DNA from: an uncultured Desulfarculus sp.
GTDB taxonomy: Bacteria; Desulfobacterota; Desulfarculia; Desulfarculales; Desulfarculaceae
DNA length: 64,000 nucleotides
Direction of reading: 5' to 3'
Assembly (NCBI GenBank): GCA_963665125.2
Contig: CAXXUK010000001.1
Coordinates: forward strand, 1,408,001 to 1,472,000
A program made the position numbers and the translations under genes. The notes beneath the pieces were generated by a model, which saw nothing but the letters and a program-made list of their open reading frames with translations, was not told where the DNA came from and made no database searches. Positions 19,423 through 29,544 of the stretch are shown in pieces. How positions within the stretch are numbered: position 1 is the first letter of the stretch; the number at the start of each line of letters is the position of its first letter.

Positions 19423-20802
19423 CTACATCACCAGTTCGAAGCTCTGTTCCGGATCGTCGCGGTCCTTGCGGTCCAGGATGGTCGAAAGGATCTTTTCCAG
19501 AAGCCTGAGGCCGCCCTTGTAGCCCACGGTGGGGAAGTACTGATGGCCCACGCGGTCGGTGATGGGGAAGCCCCAGCGCACCAGGGGAATGTCTTCGTCC
19601 CTGGAGATGTACTTGAGGTACGAGTTGCCGATGAGCAGATCCACTGTCTCGTTCTTGATCCACTGGTGCAGCAGGAAGATGTCCGCGTTCTGGTCGCACT
19701 TGACGTTCACCGCGTAGGGCAAACCTTCGGTGATCTGCCTGATGCGCGCCTCGAAGGCCTTGCCCGGCGTGCCGGTGACCAGGTGCGTGGGCCACATGTC
19801 GATTGAGACCAGGAATTCGGCCATGGCGATGAGCTGATCCGGGTCGCCGGCCAGAGCCACCTTCTTGTGATAGAAGTACTGGTGCATGTCGCTGATCATG
19901 TCCACCAGCTGGCCGCGTTCGTGGGCCACCTCGTCGGGTACGCTGACACCGGCGATGGTCCGCAGGGCGTCGACAAAGCGGTCCGTGGCCTTCAGGCCGA
20001 AGGGCATGTCCAGCACCCGGCAGGGAACCTTGTTGTTGGTGTCCAGGAACCTGGCGCCGTCGGCGCTGCACCATTCGCCCAGGGCCAAGGTTCCGATGGA
20101 ATCACCGGCGCTCTTTAGGTCGGCTATGGTGGCGCCGCCCTCGGGGAACATCTTGTATTCGCCGGACAGCGGACCGTTGAGGATGCCCGAGGTGTCCGGG
20201 AACATGATGATGCCCACACCGACCAGAGCGGCCAGGCGCTTGATCTCTTCCATGTCGGCCGGTTCCACCCAGCCCGGAATGATGTTGACCTTGCCGTTTT
20301 TGTGGCCCGTGGTTACTGCCAGCCGGGCCATGCCCTTGACCATGTTGGAAAAGCCGGTTACATGGCTGCCCACATAGCTGGGCGTGTTGGCGTAGATCAC
20401 GTGCTTGCCCTTGGGCACCTTGCCTTCCTTGATGGCCTTGTCGGTGATCTGGGGCAGGTCGTCGCCGATAGTCTCTGAAAGGCAGGTCGTATGCACGGCC
20501 ACCACTTCGGGCTCGTAGACGGTGAACATGTTGTCCAGGGCCTGGAGCAGGTTGGCCTGGCCGCCGAACACGCTGGCGCCCTCGGTGAACGAGCTTGTGC
20601 CCGCGCTGATGGGCTCCTTGTAGTGCCGGGTCAGGGTGCTGCGGTGGTAGGCGCAGCAGCCCTGTGATCCGTGGCTGTGGGGCAGGCACCCGTGCACACC
20701 CAGGGCCGCGTACATGGCTCCGATTGGCTGGCAGGTCTTGGCCGGGTTTACGGTCAAGGCATGGCGCTCGCTGATTTCTTTTGGCGTATGTCTAAGTAGC
20801 AT
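19423..20802 (-). CDS. nifK: Nitrogenase MoFe protein beta chain
   Basis: NPAKTCQPIGA, HGSQGCCAY, TTCLSETIGDD, GFPITDR. Confidence 0.97.
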   Translation of the reverse strand: MLLRHTPKEISERHALTVNPAKTCQPIGAMYAALGVHGCLPHSHGSQGCCAYHRSTLTRHYKEPISAGTSSFTEGASVFGGQANLLQALDNMFTVYEPEVVAVHTTCLSETIGDDLPQITDKAIKEGKVPKGKHVIYANTPSYVGSHVTGFSNMVKGMARLAVTTGHKNGKVNIIPGWVEPADMEEIKRLAALVGVGIIMFPDTSGILNGPLSGEYKMFPEGGATIADLKSAGDSIGTLALGEWCSADGARFLDTNNKVPCRVLDMPFGLKATDRFVDALRTIAGVSVPDEVAHERGQLVDMISDMHQYFYHKKVALAGDPDQLIAMAEFLVSIDMWPTHLVTGTPGKAFEARIRQITEGLPYAVNVKCDQNADIFLLHQWIKNETVDLLIGNSYLKYISRDEDIPLVRWGFPITDRVGHQYFPTVGYKGGLRLLEKILSTILDRKDRDDPEQSFELVM

Positions 20803-20827
20803 TGTTCATGTCCTTATTTCGCCGAAG

Positions 20828-22468
20828 CTATTCCCAAACATAGGTGGCCGAGAGTTCGGGGTTCTCCTGCCACGGCGCCTTGAGGTAGCTCCAGACCTTG
20901 CTGTTGACCAGCCGGTCTATCTCGTGGAAGAAGTTGACCGCGCCCCGGAATCCGGCATAGGGTCCGCCCGAGTCATAGCTGTGCAGCTGCTTCATGGGGA
21001 TGCCCAGCTTCTGGATGGAGAACTTTTCCTTGATGCCCGCGCAAAAGATGTCCGGCTTGAGCAGTTCCACCAGTTTTTCAGCCTCGTACTGGTTCAAGTC
21101 GTCGATGACAAACGAGCCCGCATCCATGTCAGGGATCATGCCGTCATATTCCTTGAACTTGTATCCGGCCTCTTCCAGGGCCTTCATGTCGCCCTCGCTC
21201 TTGCGGGGGTTGTAACGGGTCTCGTCCGGGTGCACCTCGAGTTCTTCGATGTTGCGCGAGTCGGCGTCCACCTTGAGGTTGGGGATGACCTGACGGCCCT
21301 CGTAGTCGTCACGGTGGGCGAACTCGTAGCCGGCGCTGATGGTCTTCATGCCGATCTCGGCGAAGAGGCCCTGATAGTGGTGGGCCCGGGAGCCGCCCAC
21401 GAACATCATGGCCGTCTTGCCTTCGGTGCGGGGCCGCACTTCCGCCGCCACGGCGTCCACCGCGGGCATTTCCTCAGCAATGACCTCTTCCACCCGGTCG
21501 ATGAGCTCCTGATCGCCGAAGTACTGGGCGATCTTGCGCAGGCTCTTGGCCGTGGACTTGGAGCCGATGAAGTTGACCTTGACCCAGGGAATGCCGTATT
21601 TGGTTTCCAACATGTCGGCAACGTAGTTGATGGAGCGGTGGCACATCACCGCGTTGAGGTCTGCCGTGTGGGCGCTGGCGAACTGGTCATAGGACGAGTT
21701 GCCGCTGAAGGTGGAGATGTTGGTGATGCCGCACTTATTGAGAATGCGGTCGATCTCGAAACCGTCGCCGCCGATGTTGTATTCGCCCAGCAGGTTGATC
21801 TTGAACTTGCCCTGCTTGCCGTGGTCGTTGAGACCCACCAGATGCCTGAAGACCTGGTTGTTGGCGATGTGGTGGCCGGCCGACTGGCTGACGCCCTTGT
21901 AGCCCTCGCAACTGAAGGCGAATACGTTGCAGTCGCCGAACTTCTTCTTCATCTTTTCGGCAACGGCGTGGATGTCGTCGCCGATGAGGCCAACGGGGCA
22001 GGTGGCGAACACGCAGATGCCCTTGGGGTGGAACAGATCGTAGGCCTCCTGGATCGCCGCCTCCAGCTTCTTTTCACCGCCGAATATGATGTCCTTGTCC
22101 TGCATGTCCGTGCTGAAGCAGTAGGTCATGTAGTTGTGGGCGTCTTCGGCCGAGGCGTCGGTCTGGTTGCGGCGGGTAAGCCAGGAATAAAATCCGCAAC
22201 CGATGGGGCCGTGGGTGATGTTGAGGATATCCCTGGTGGGCCCCATAATAACGCCCTTGCAACCGGCATATGTACAACCGCGCATGGTGATGATGCCGGG
22301 GATCGTGCGCACGTTGGCGGTAATCTCGGGCGTTTCGTTTTCCAGGGCCTCGTTTATCAAAATCTGCTTGGCGCGCTTTCGGGCCACCTTTGGAGGATAC
22401 TTCTTGAGCAGTTCCTCCTTGATGTCGGTGGGTTCCATGCGCACGAACTTGTGATTTTTTGCTGGCAT
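20828..22468 (-). CDS. nifD: Nitrogenase MoFe protein alpha chain (long form with group II-type insertion)
   Basis: RGCTYAG, HGPIGC, QSAGHH, MCHRS, GGSRAHH, KQLHSYD; insertion after AHRDDYEG. Confidence 0.97.
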   Translation of the reverse strand: MPAKNHKFVRMEPTDIKEELLKKYPPKVARKRAKQILINEALENETPEITANVRTIPGIITMRGCTYAGCKGVIMGPTRDILNITHGPIGCGFYSWLTRRNQTDASAEDAHNYMTYCFSTDMQDKDIIFGGEKKLEAAIQEAYDLFHPKGICVFATCPVGLIGDDIHAVAEKMKKKFGDCNVFAFSCEGYKGVSQSAGHHIANNQVFRHLVGLNDHGKQGKFKINLLGEYNIGGDGFEIDRILNKCGITNISTFSGNSSYDQFASAHTADLNAVMCHRSINYVADMLETKYGIPWVKVNFIGSKSTAKSLRKIAQYFGDQELIDRVEEVIAEEMPAVDAVAAEVRPRTEGKTAMMFVGGSRAHHYQGLFAEIGMKTISAGYEFAHRDDYEGRQVIPNLKVDADSRNIEELEVHPDETRYNPRKSEGDMKALEEAGYKFKEYDGMIPDMDAGSFVIDDLNQYEAEKLVELLKPDIFCAGIKEKFSIQKLGIPMKQLHSYDSGGPYAGFRGAVNFFHEIDRLVNSKVWSYLKAPWQENPELSATYVWE

Positions 22469-22489
22469 GGTCGTCTCCAGATGTTTCAG

Positions 22490-22861
22490 CTAAATGGCCT
22501 TCTCGCCGCGTTCGCCGGTGCGAACCCGCACCGCGTCTCCAAGGGGTAGGACAAAGATCTTGCCATCGCCGGGTTTGCCGGTCTGGTTGGTCTCGATGAT
22601 GGTCTGGACCACCTCGTCGACCAGCTTGTCGTGCACCACCATGGTCAGCATTCGCTTGGAATAGAGTTTGCCCTTTTCGCCCAGCAGGGCGATGGCCTCT
22701 TCGTAGCCTTCGTTGGCCCCGGCCAGGATCTTGACGTCCACCAGGCCTTTGCCCCTGCCCTGGCATTCATGGGCGAACATGGAGTCGATTCCCGCTTCGG
22801 CAAGGGCCTTTTTGGTCTTGTTCATGGTGTTCATGCGCACCACGGCTATTACTTCCTTCAT
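22490..22861 (-). CDS. nifI2: P-II family nitrogenase regulator NifI2
   Basis: GRGKG, long T-loop, TGKPGDGKIFV, RVRTGE; lies between nifH and nifD. Confidence 0.9.
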   Translation of the reverse strand: MKEVIAVVRMNTMNKTKKALAEAGIDSMFAHECQGRGKGLVDVKILAGANEGYEEAIALLGEKGKLYSKRMLTMVVHDKLVDEVVQTIIETNQTGKPGDGKIFVLPLGDAVRVRTGERGEKAI

Positions 22862-23214
22862 GCCGTGGCCTCCTCTTCAACCGGGGCGGTATCGCAGATG
22901 CCGGTGCTGACGGTGTAGACGTCCTGCACTTCGCTGATGAAGATCTTGCCGTCGCCGAAGGCGCCCTTGGTGCCCGAGCGGGCCACGCCCATCACGGTCT
23001 CGATGACGAAGTCCTTGTCCTCGGCCCTAACCACCATCATCAGCATGGTCTTGGGGATCTCGTCGTAGGTTACCTGGCCGATTTTGATGCCGCGCTGCTT
23101 GCCGCGGCCGGCCACGGAATATTTGGTTACCGAGGGGAACCCGGCATCCATGAGCGCGGCCAGCACGTCATCCGCCTTTTCCGGCCTCACAATTGCTCTG
23201 ATCATGATCATCAT
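22858..23214 (-). CDS. nifI1: P-II family nitrogenase regulator NifI1
   Basis: IVRPEK, GRGKQRG, YDEIPK, GAFGDGKIF. Confidence 0.9.
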   Translation of the reverse strand: MMIMIRAIVRPEKADDVLAALMDAGFPSVTKYSVAGRGKQRGIKIGQVTYDEIPKTMLMMVVRAEDKDFVIETVMGVARSGTKGAFGDGKIFISEVQDVYTVSTGICDTAPVEEEATA

Positions 23215-23248
23215 GTTGTTATCCTCCTCTAATAAGCCGGTTGGGTGG

Positions 23249-24124
<876 letters not shown>

Positions 24125-24130
24125 CTATAG

Positions 24131-24146
24131 AGCAAAGGCCTTGCCA
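24131..24146 (-). promoter_or_regulatory. sigma54 (-24/-12) promoter of the nifH operon
   Basis: Minus strand TGGCAAGGCCTTTGCT, GG-N10-GC. Confidence 0.85.
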
Positions 24147-24279
24147 AGACCGCATACGGCGCAAATCAACATAGCCAACTAGCCGTTTTTTATTGATAAT
24201 TAAGTATATTTCGACTAATCGCCAAACTGGTTGGGCCGGGCCTGGGCCCATGGCCTTACACGCGGAGGGAAAATGGTTT

Positions 24280-24291
24280 TACATTTTTGTC
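24280..24291. promoter_or_regulatory. Upstream activator-like box TACATTTTTGTC
   Basis: Shared with 26094-26105 and 27202-27213. Confidence 0.6.
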
Positions 24292-24393
24292 AATGTACGG
24301 CGGCGGCGCAAAAAGGCATGGCAGGCCGACCGACGGCCGCAAGACCGCCGTAGGCTCCACCTAGTAATGCTTGGTTGTCGGAGGACAAAAGGA

Positions 24394-25950
24394 TCAGCCG
24401 CCCAGCAGACGGCGGCGCTCGGCTTTGACCTTGTCTTCCAGGCCGTATTTTTTGATTCGGTAGCCAAGTTTGCGCAGGGTGATGCCCAGATCCTGGGCCG
24501 CCCGGGACTGGACCCAACGGTTGCGTCCAAGGGCCTCCAAAAGCTCGTTTTTCTCCATGTCATCGAGCTTGGAGCCGCCGCCGTCCTCATTGTCGGCGTG
24601 CTGAGCCCTTGGGGCGTTTTTTTTCAGGAAGTCCGGCAGGTCGTCATGGCTGATAACGTCCTGGTCTACCATGATGGCCAGACGTTCGATGATGTTTTCC
24701 AGCTCACGGACATTGCCGGGCCAGCCGTAGCTCATCAGCACTTCCCTTGCCGAACGGTCCATCCCGAACCGGCGGTTGTACTCCATGGAGTTTTTCTCCA
24801 GAAAATGGCCGATCAGCAGGGGGATGTCCTCCACCCGCTCCCGCAGGGGCGGCAGGTGTAGGGGAAACACATTGAGGCGATAGTATAGGTCCTGGCGGAA
24901 GCCCTTGCGCTCCACAAGGTAGGGCAGGTCCTGGTTGGTGGCGGCGATTATGCGCACATCCACCTTGCGGGTCTTTGGCGAGCCGAGGCGCTCGAATTCC
25001 TTGTCCTGCAAAAAGCGCAACAGCTTGGCCTGGAGGCCGATGGGCATCTCGCCGATTTCATCCAAGAACACCGTGCCGCCGTCGCCCTCCTCAAAGCGAC
25101 CGGGCTTTTCATTGGTGGCCCCGGTAAAGGCCCCCTTGGCATGTCCGAACAGCTCCGATTCCAATAGGTTCTCGGGCAGCGCCGCGCAGTTTATCTTGAC
25201 GAACGGACCGTCGGCCCTGGCGCTCATCTCATGGATGATGCGCGCCACCAGGGTCTTGCCCGTGCCCGACTCACCCAGCAGCAGCACCGAGGCCTTGGCC
25301 GGAGCCACCTTGCCCAGCATGGCCTGCAACCGGCGCATGGCCGGGCTCTTGCCGACGATGAAGAAATCATTGTAGCGGTTGGATATCTCGTCCTTGAGCT
25401 GCTTGTTCTGGCGACGCAACAGGCCTTCGCGCTGCTCCACCAGGCGGTTGAGGTGCACGAACTGGCCGATGAGCTGGGCCACGATGGACAAAAAGCGGAT
25501 ATCCTCGGAGGCGCTGATCTCTTCGCCGAAGAGCCTATCCACGCTGAGCACGCCGATGGGGTCTCCGTGCAAAACAATGGGTACGCCCACAAAGGCGACC
25601 TTGCCCTTGTCGAGATCACGGGACTGTGTTTTGTTCAGAAAAAGCGGCTCGCGGCTGACATCGGGCACGTAAAATGGCTTGGCCGTCTCGAATATGCGGC
25701 CGGTTATGCCCTCGCCCTGATCGTAGACCCCTCTGAGCATCTCCCGCTTGGTCAGGCCGTGGGACGCGTAAATGGCCAGGCTTCCGGTGTCCCCCTCGCG
25801 CAGGGTCACCGTGGCCCGTTTCATTGACAGCGTGTCCGAGATGATCTCCAGCACCTTTTCCAAAGTCTGGGGCAGATCAAGGGCCTGGCCGATGATCCGG
25901 CTCACCTCGTAGAGAACACGCAACTCCAGTTCTGTTACCTGAGTACTCAT
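24394..25950 (-). CDS. nifA: Nif-specific sigma54 activator (GAF-AAA+-HTH)
   Basis: N-terminal [43 protein letters not shown]; Fis-type HTH; adjacent to nifH. Confidence 0.92.
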   Translation of the reverse strand: MSTQVTELELRVLYEVSRIIGQALDLPQTLEKVLEIISDTLSMKRATVTLREGDTGSLAIYASHGLTKREMLRGVYDQGEGITGRIFETAKPFYVPDVSREPLFLNKTQSRDLDKGKVAFVGVPIVLHGDPIGVLSVDRLFGEEISASEDIRFLSIVAQLIGQFVHLNRLVEQREGLLRRQNKQLKDEISNRYNDFFIVGKSPAMRRLQAMLGKVAPAKASVLLLGESGTGKTLVARIIHEMSARADGPFVKINCAALPENLLESELFGHAKGAFTGATNEKPGRFEEGDGGTVFLDEIGEMPIGLQAKLLRFLQDKEFERLGSPKTRKVDVRIIAATNQDLPYLVERKGFRQDLYYRLNVFPLHLPPLRERVEDIPLLIGHFLEKNSMEYNRRFGMDRSAREVLMSYGWPGNVRELENIIERLAIMVDQDVISHDDLPDFLKKNAPRAQHADNEDGGGSKLDDMEKNELLEALGRNRWVQSRAAQDLGITLRKLGYRIKKYGLEDKVKAERRRLLGG

Positions 25951-25962
25951 ATCACTATTAAA

Positions 25963-25978
25963 TGCAATATGGGTGCCG
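25963..25978 (-). promoter_or_regulatory. sigma54 promoter immediately upstream of nifA
   Basis: Minus strand CGGCACCCATATTGCA, GG-N10-GC. Confidence 0.7.
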
Positions 25979-25993
25979 GAATAAATACAATAA

Positions 25994-26006
25994 TAACAAG
26001 TTGATT
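25994..26006 (-). promoter_or_regulatory. IHF-binding consensus
   Basis: Minus strand AATCAACTTGTTA matches WATCAANNNNTTR, between the sigma54 promoter and the upstream box. Confidence 0.6.
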
Positions 26007-26090
26007 TTTATACAAATACAGGCAGCGCCACCAAAGAGCATATTAGAGCTAACCCTGAAAACGACACCAGGGACGCGACTAAACACAGTT

Positions 26091-27017
26091 TCATACGTTT
26101 TTGTAGGATCGTAGAGAGGTTGTCTGATTCCCGGAAAGCAACTCATTCAACATGGCGCTTGCCTGATCAAGAGCCCGCAAATCGATTTTTGCATCCCCGC
26201 CCTTCTTAATTAGGAATTTCGCCGCCAACCCGGAGGAGAGGTTTGCTTTGGGCTGTGTGGGCAAAAAAGGGCAACCGCCCCGACCATCCAGGGTTACGTC
26301 CAGCCAATCCGTCCGGCACCGCCATGCCGCCTCAAGGTTGCACTCGAGCTGCCGGCTTGCGCCATGCAGGTGCAGACCGAGGTACGCGCCGGGAAGGCCT
26401 CGCCGCAGGCAACCAAACGCCGCGCCGATCATATGCGGCAGGGCCCTAGCAGCCGTATCGGCCAAGGCCAGCCTGTCTACGCCTATTTCATGGAACGGCT
26501 TGAATATTGCCAATAGGTTATCAGCGGACGGCGGACTAAACATGGGGCCGCCAAAGGCGCATTGCAGCCCCATGCGCACCTGCATGCCCATTTCCAAGGC
26601 CAGCCCCGCCAGATACCGGCAGCGGTCCAGGCCCTGTTCCGCCGTGCAGTTCAGATTGCGCCTGCTGTGAATTTCGGACAACGACGCGGACAAGGCCACT
26701 CTGGAGAAACCGGCCTTGGCCGCCCGGACCAGTCCCTGGTGATTGAACACCATGACCCAGGCTTCTATTCCGGGGATACGGGCAATACCGTCGGCGAGGC
26801 TGTCGCAATCGGCCATTTGAGGCATCCTGTCCGGACGGACCAGGGCGCCGACCTGAAAACGCCGCAGGCCCGCGCGGACCAATTGCTCCAACAGGGCCAG
26901 GCGCTGTTCAAACGGCACGGATCGTGGGTGGATCTGAAAGGCTTCCCGCAGGGTCTGATCCTCCAGAAACGGCTTATTGCTGCTGTTAGTTGCGTCATGC
27001 TGTTCGGCAATAGGCAT
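26091..27017 (-). CDS. DRE-TIM metallolyase (HMG-CoA lyase-like / homocitrate synthase superfamily)
   Basis: DQTLREAFQ, SEIHSRRNLN, CAFG, LADT, HLH, GRGGCPF. Confidence 0.8.
   Translation of the reverse strand: MPIAEQHDATNSSNKPFLEDQTLREAFQIHPRSVPFEQRLALLEQLVRAGLRRFQVGALVRPDRMPQMADCDSLADGIARIPGIEAWVMVFNHQGLVRAAKAGFSRVALSASLSEIHSRRNLNCTAEQGLDRCRYLAGLALEMGMQVRMGLQCAFGGPMFSPPSADNLLAIFKPFHEIGVDRLALADTAARALPHMIGAAFGCLRRGLPGAYLGLHLHGASRQLECNLEAAWRCRTDWLDVTLDGRGGCPFLPTQPKANLSSGLAAKFLIKKGGDAKIDLRALDQASAMLNELLSGNQTTSLRSYKNV
26094..26105. promoter_or_regulatory. Upstream activator-like box TACGTTTTTGTA
   Basis: Second copy of the motif, within the last codons of the DRE-TIM gene. Confidence 0.55.
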
Positions 27018-27096
27018 TTTCGCATTGATCCAAATCGATTCATAACTGCCCCGGTGCCCATGGTGGGCCGGGAAGAGCCTCTGGGATTAAAATAAA

Positions 27097-27112
27097 TGCA
27101 ACCAGTGCGCCA
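27097..27112 (-). promoter_or_regulatory. sigma54 promoter of the DRE-TIM gene
   Basis: Minus strand TGGCGCACTGGTTGCA, GG-N10-GC. Confidence 0.8.
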
Positions 27113-27201
27113 AGATTTTATTTTTTAGCTAACCACTTACCGTTACAGTTCTTTTCATATGCATGCGACCGAGAAACCCCAAAATGCCCGACCCATTAAG
27201 T

Positions 27202-27213
27202 TACATTTTTGTA
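27202..27213. promoter_or_regulatory. Upstream activator-like box TACATTTTTGTA
   Basis: Perfect TACA-N4-TGTA palindrome about 90 bp upstream of the sigma54 site. Confidence 0.6.
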
Positions 27214-27365
27214 GCTTCACATTCACAAATTCGAACTGGCTAGCCACAACATGAAACAGTGAAGGCAGCTTGCCAAACCATTGATTGACCTCCCCGCTTC
27301 AATGGAATACCATGCTGAAATTAGGAAATTAGTCGTATGTCCCACAGTTTACAAAAGGAGTTAAC

Positions 27366-27848
27366 ATGGTTTTCCGTTCAAGTCTGAAATGGTTGGTATT
27401 GGTTGCGGTTCTGCCGCTCATCCTGGTTGCCTGCGGCGGCGCGGGCTCCAGCCCCGAAGGCACGGTGGAGGCCTGTTTCAAAGCCATGGCCGACGGCGAC
27501 CAGGAGGCCATGAAACAGCTTGTGGTTCCGGCGGTGCGCTCCCAGATGAACGACGAAGACCCGCAAGCCAAACGGATGATGGAATCCATGGGCAAGTCTT
27601 TTGAAGGCATCAACAAATCCGAAGTCGACGGCGACAAGGCCAAAGTATGGATCAACATCAATGATGAAAAAATGGCCGCCGCAATGACCGAGTTGATGCA
27701 AGATCAGATGAAAAAGGCCGGTGAGCAGGGCGAGCAAATGCGTAAGATGATGGAGGCCGTAATCCAGCAAACCGCCAAAGAAATGGAGAATCATCCCATC
27801 AGCCTGGTAAAGCAGGACGGCAAGTGGCTCATCGACGAAATGAAGTAG
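27366..27848 (+). CDS. Lipoprotein (DUF4878/NTF2-like)
   Basis: AAGGAG SD; lipobox LVAC; SPEGTVE...LVKQDGKWLI pattern. Confidence 0.8.
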   Translation: MVFRSSLKWLVLVAVLPLILVACGGAGSSPEGTVEACFKAMADGDQEAMKQLVVPAVRSQMNDEDPQAKRMMESMGKSFEGINKSEVDGDKAKVWININDEKMAAAMTELMQDQMKKAGEQGEQMRKMMEAVIQQTAKEMENHPISLVKQDGKWLIDEMK

Positions 27849-27985
27849 ACATACGGGTTTGATATAAAATTGAAGCCGCAAGACTGCTGATAATCGCGCT
27901 TGATATAACGCCGAGCACGGTCATTATCTCCGCCGAATACAGGGGCAGCGGCACCTAAAACGCTCTTTTTATACAAACACATCGG

Positions 27986-28017
27986 AAAGGCCGGGCCATT
28001 TGGTTCGGCCTTTTTTT
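27986..28017 (+). terminator. Rho-independent terminator
   Basis: AAAGGCCGGGCC-ATTT-GGTTCGGCC followed by a T7 run. Confidence 0.8.
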
Positions 28018-28151
28018 GCCAGCACCATGCAACCTTTTACGTTGATTTTTTATTGTTTTGTTTTAAATTTTTATTGACTAAAGGCATCGCGGCCAGTATT
28101 CTCCCTTCATAACAAACGCCGCCGAATAGGCGATTCAACGCAACTTGCCCA

Positions 28152-28694
28152 ATGGAGCGAATCATGACTGGTATCGAGCGCATCCAAAAAGCCAGCCGCC
28201 GTCTACAGATTTTTTGCAACGTCATCCTGGTGTTCATACCTGTGGCCGTTGCCCTGGCCTGGATATTTGTCGACAACATCTCCATTAACCAGCTTAATCT
28301 TCCGGTGAAGCCCAATCCCAATCATCCCTGGTTCATTTTTCTGGGCGGCTTCGCCGTAAGCATGATTCCGGCTGGCGTGGCCATGTACGCGGTGTACAAG
28401 CTGCGCGAATTATTCGGCTATTACGCCGGTGGAACCATCTTCAGCCAAAAAAACGTGCGCTGCTACAGGTCCTTGGGCTGGGCGGCCATCTATTGGGTGA
28501 TCGCCGAGTTCATAACCGAACCAATGCACAGCGTCTTGTTGACCCTGTACAACGAGCCGGGAACAAGACTGCTGACACTGAGCATGTCCTCGGACATGAT
28601 CATGGGTCTGTTCACGGGGGCCGCGGTGTTGACAATCGCCTGGGTCATGGACGAGGGACGCAAAATCGACGAAGAGCAGTCGCTTTTCATCTAG
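28152..28694 (+). CDS. DUF2975-like membrane protein
   Basis: Four TMs; IFSQKNVRCY...VMDEGRKIDEEQ; coupled to a YozG-like HTH gene. Confidence 0.8.
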   Translation: MERIMTGIERIQKASRRLQIFCNVILVFIPVAVALAWIFVDNISINQLNLPVKPNPNHPWFIFLGGFAVSMIPAGVAMYAVYKLRELFGYYAGGTIFSQKNVRCYRSLGWAAIYWVIAEFITEPMHSVLLTLYNEPGTRLLTLSMSSDMIMGLFTGAAVLTIAWVMDEGRKIDEEQSLFI

Positions 28695-28710
28695 CGGATC
28701 GGGAGGAAAA

Positions 28711-28920
28711 ATGACTATTGTAATCAACCTCGACGTGATGCTGGCCAAGCGCAAGATCAAGTCAAAGGATTTGGCCGCGCAGATAGGTATAACCGAACAG
28801 AATCTATCACTAATCAAAACCGGCAAGATCAAGGGTATGCGTCTGGCCACCTTGGACTCCATCTGCCGGGTTCTGGAGTGTCAACCGGGCGACATCCTGG
28901 AATACCTTGCCGATCAATAG
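28711..28920 (+). CDS. XRE/Cro (YozG-like) transcriptional regulator
   Basis: NLDVMLAKRK...ITEQNLSLIKTGK...LECQPGDILEY. Confidence 0.92.
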   Translation: MTIVINLDVMLAKRKIKSKDLAAQIGITEQNLSLIKTGKIKGMRLATLDSICRVLECQPGDILEYLADQ

Positions 28921-29019
28921 CCAACGAATGATACAGCCGCGGGTTCACCGCGGTTGTATTCATCACTGTTTTTCTCTATATTCTTCATATTCATCATCCA
29001 TCAACCGGATCAACCGAAT

Positions 29020-29499
29020 ATGAAAACCCCTGACGAAATATTCAGTCTTTCACCGTTTGCGGGAATTTTACACGCCTTCACTCTAGCCCTGGTGTCAAGC
29101 CTGTGGGGCGCGCTGATTCTGCGTTTCGCCGTAAACAAGGTCATCGGGATCAAGCTCAAGTACCTAAGAGCCTATTTGTATAATTTCATCATCGCCGCCG
29201 TGGTTGTTTCGGTAGAATTTGCCTTTATCTATAAAATCACTAGTGAATCGGTGCTGACAGCTTCCGACTTCATAGCGCCGGGCAACTGGTTTGCCGTGCT
29301 GTGCGCGGTGGGCTTGGCCATTTTCATGGGCACCGTTGGCCTGGGCTATCTGGTCAAGGACGAGCGCAAGCGCAGTATCGGCACGAATAAGAGTTTTGCA
29401 GTTTCGCTTATCTACGCGGCCATCTTCGTACCAATCGGCCTTTGTTTCCGAGCCTTGTATTTTTTTATTCTCGAGCAAGGGGGCGGTACGTTTTTCTAG
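29020..29499 (+). CDS. Hypothetical membrane protein
   Basis: Four hydrophobic segments; start uncertain (28954 or 29020). Confidence 0.6.
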   Translation: MKTPDEIFSLSPFAGILHAFTLALVSSLWGALILRFAVNKVIGIKLKYLRAYLYNFIIAAVVVSVEFAFIYKITSESVLTASDFIAPGNWFAVLCAVGLAIFMGTVGLGYLVKDERKRSIGTNKSFAVSLIYAAIFVPIGLCFRALYFFILEQGGGTFF

Positions 29500-29544
29500 T
29501 CCCACCTTCTGCACACCAATTCGCAACCGGAGGCTTTTGATACA

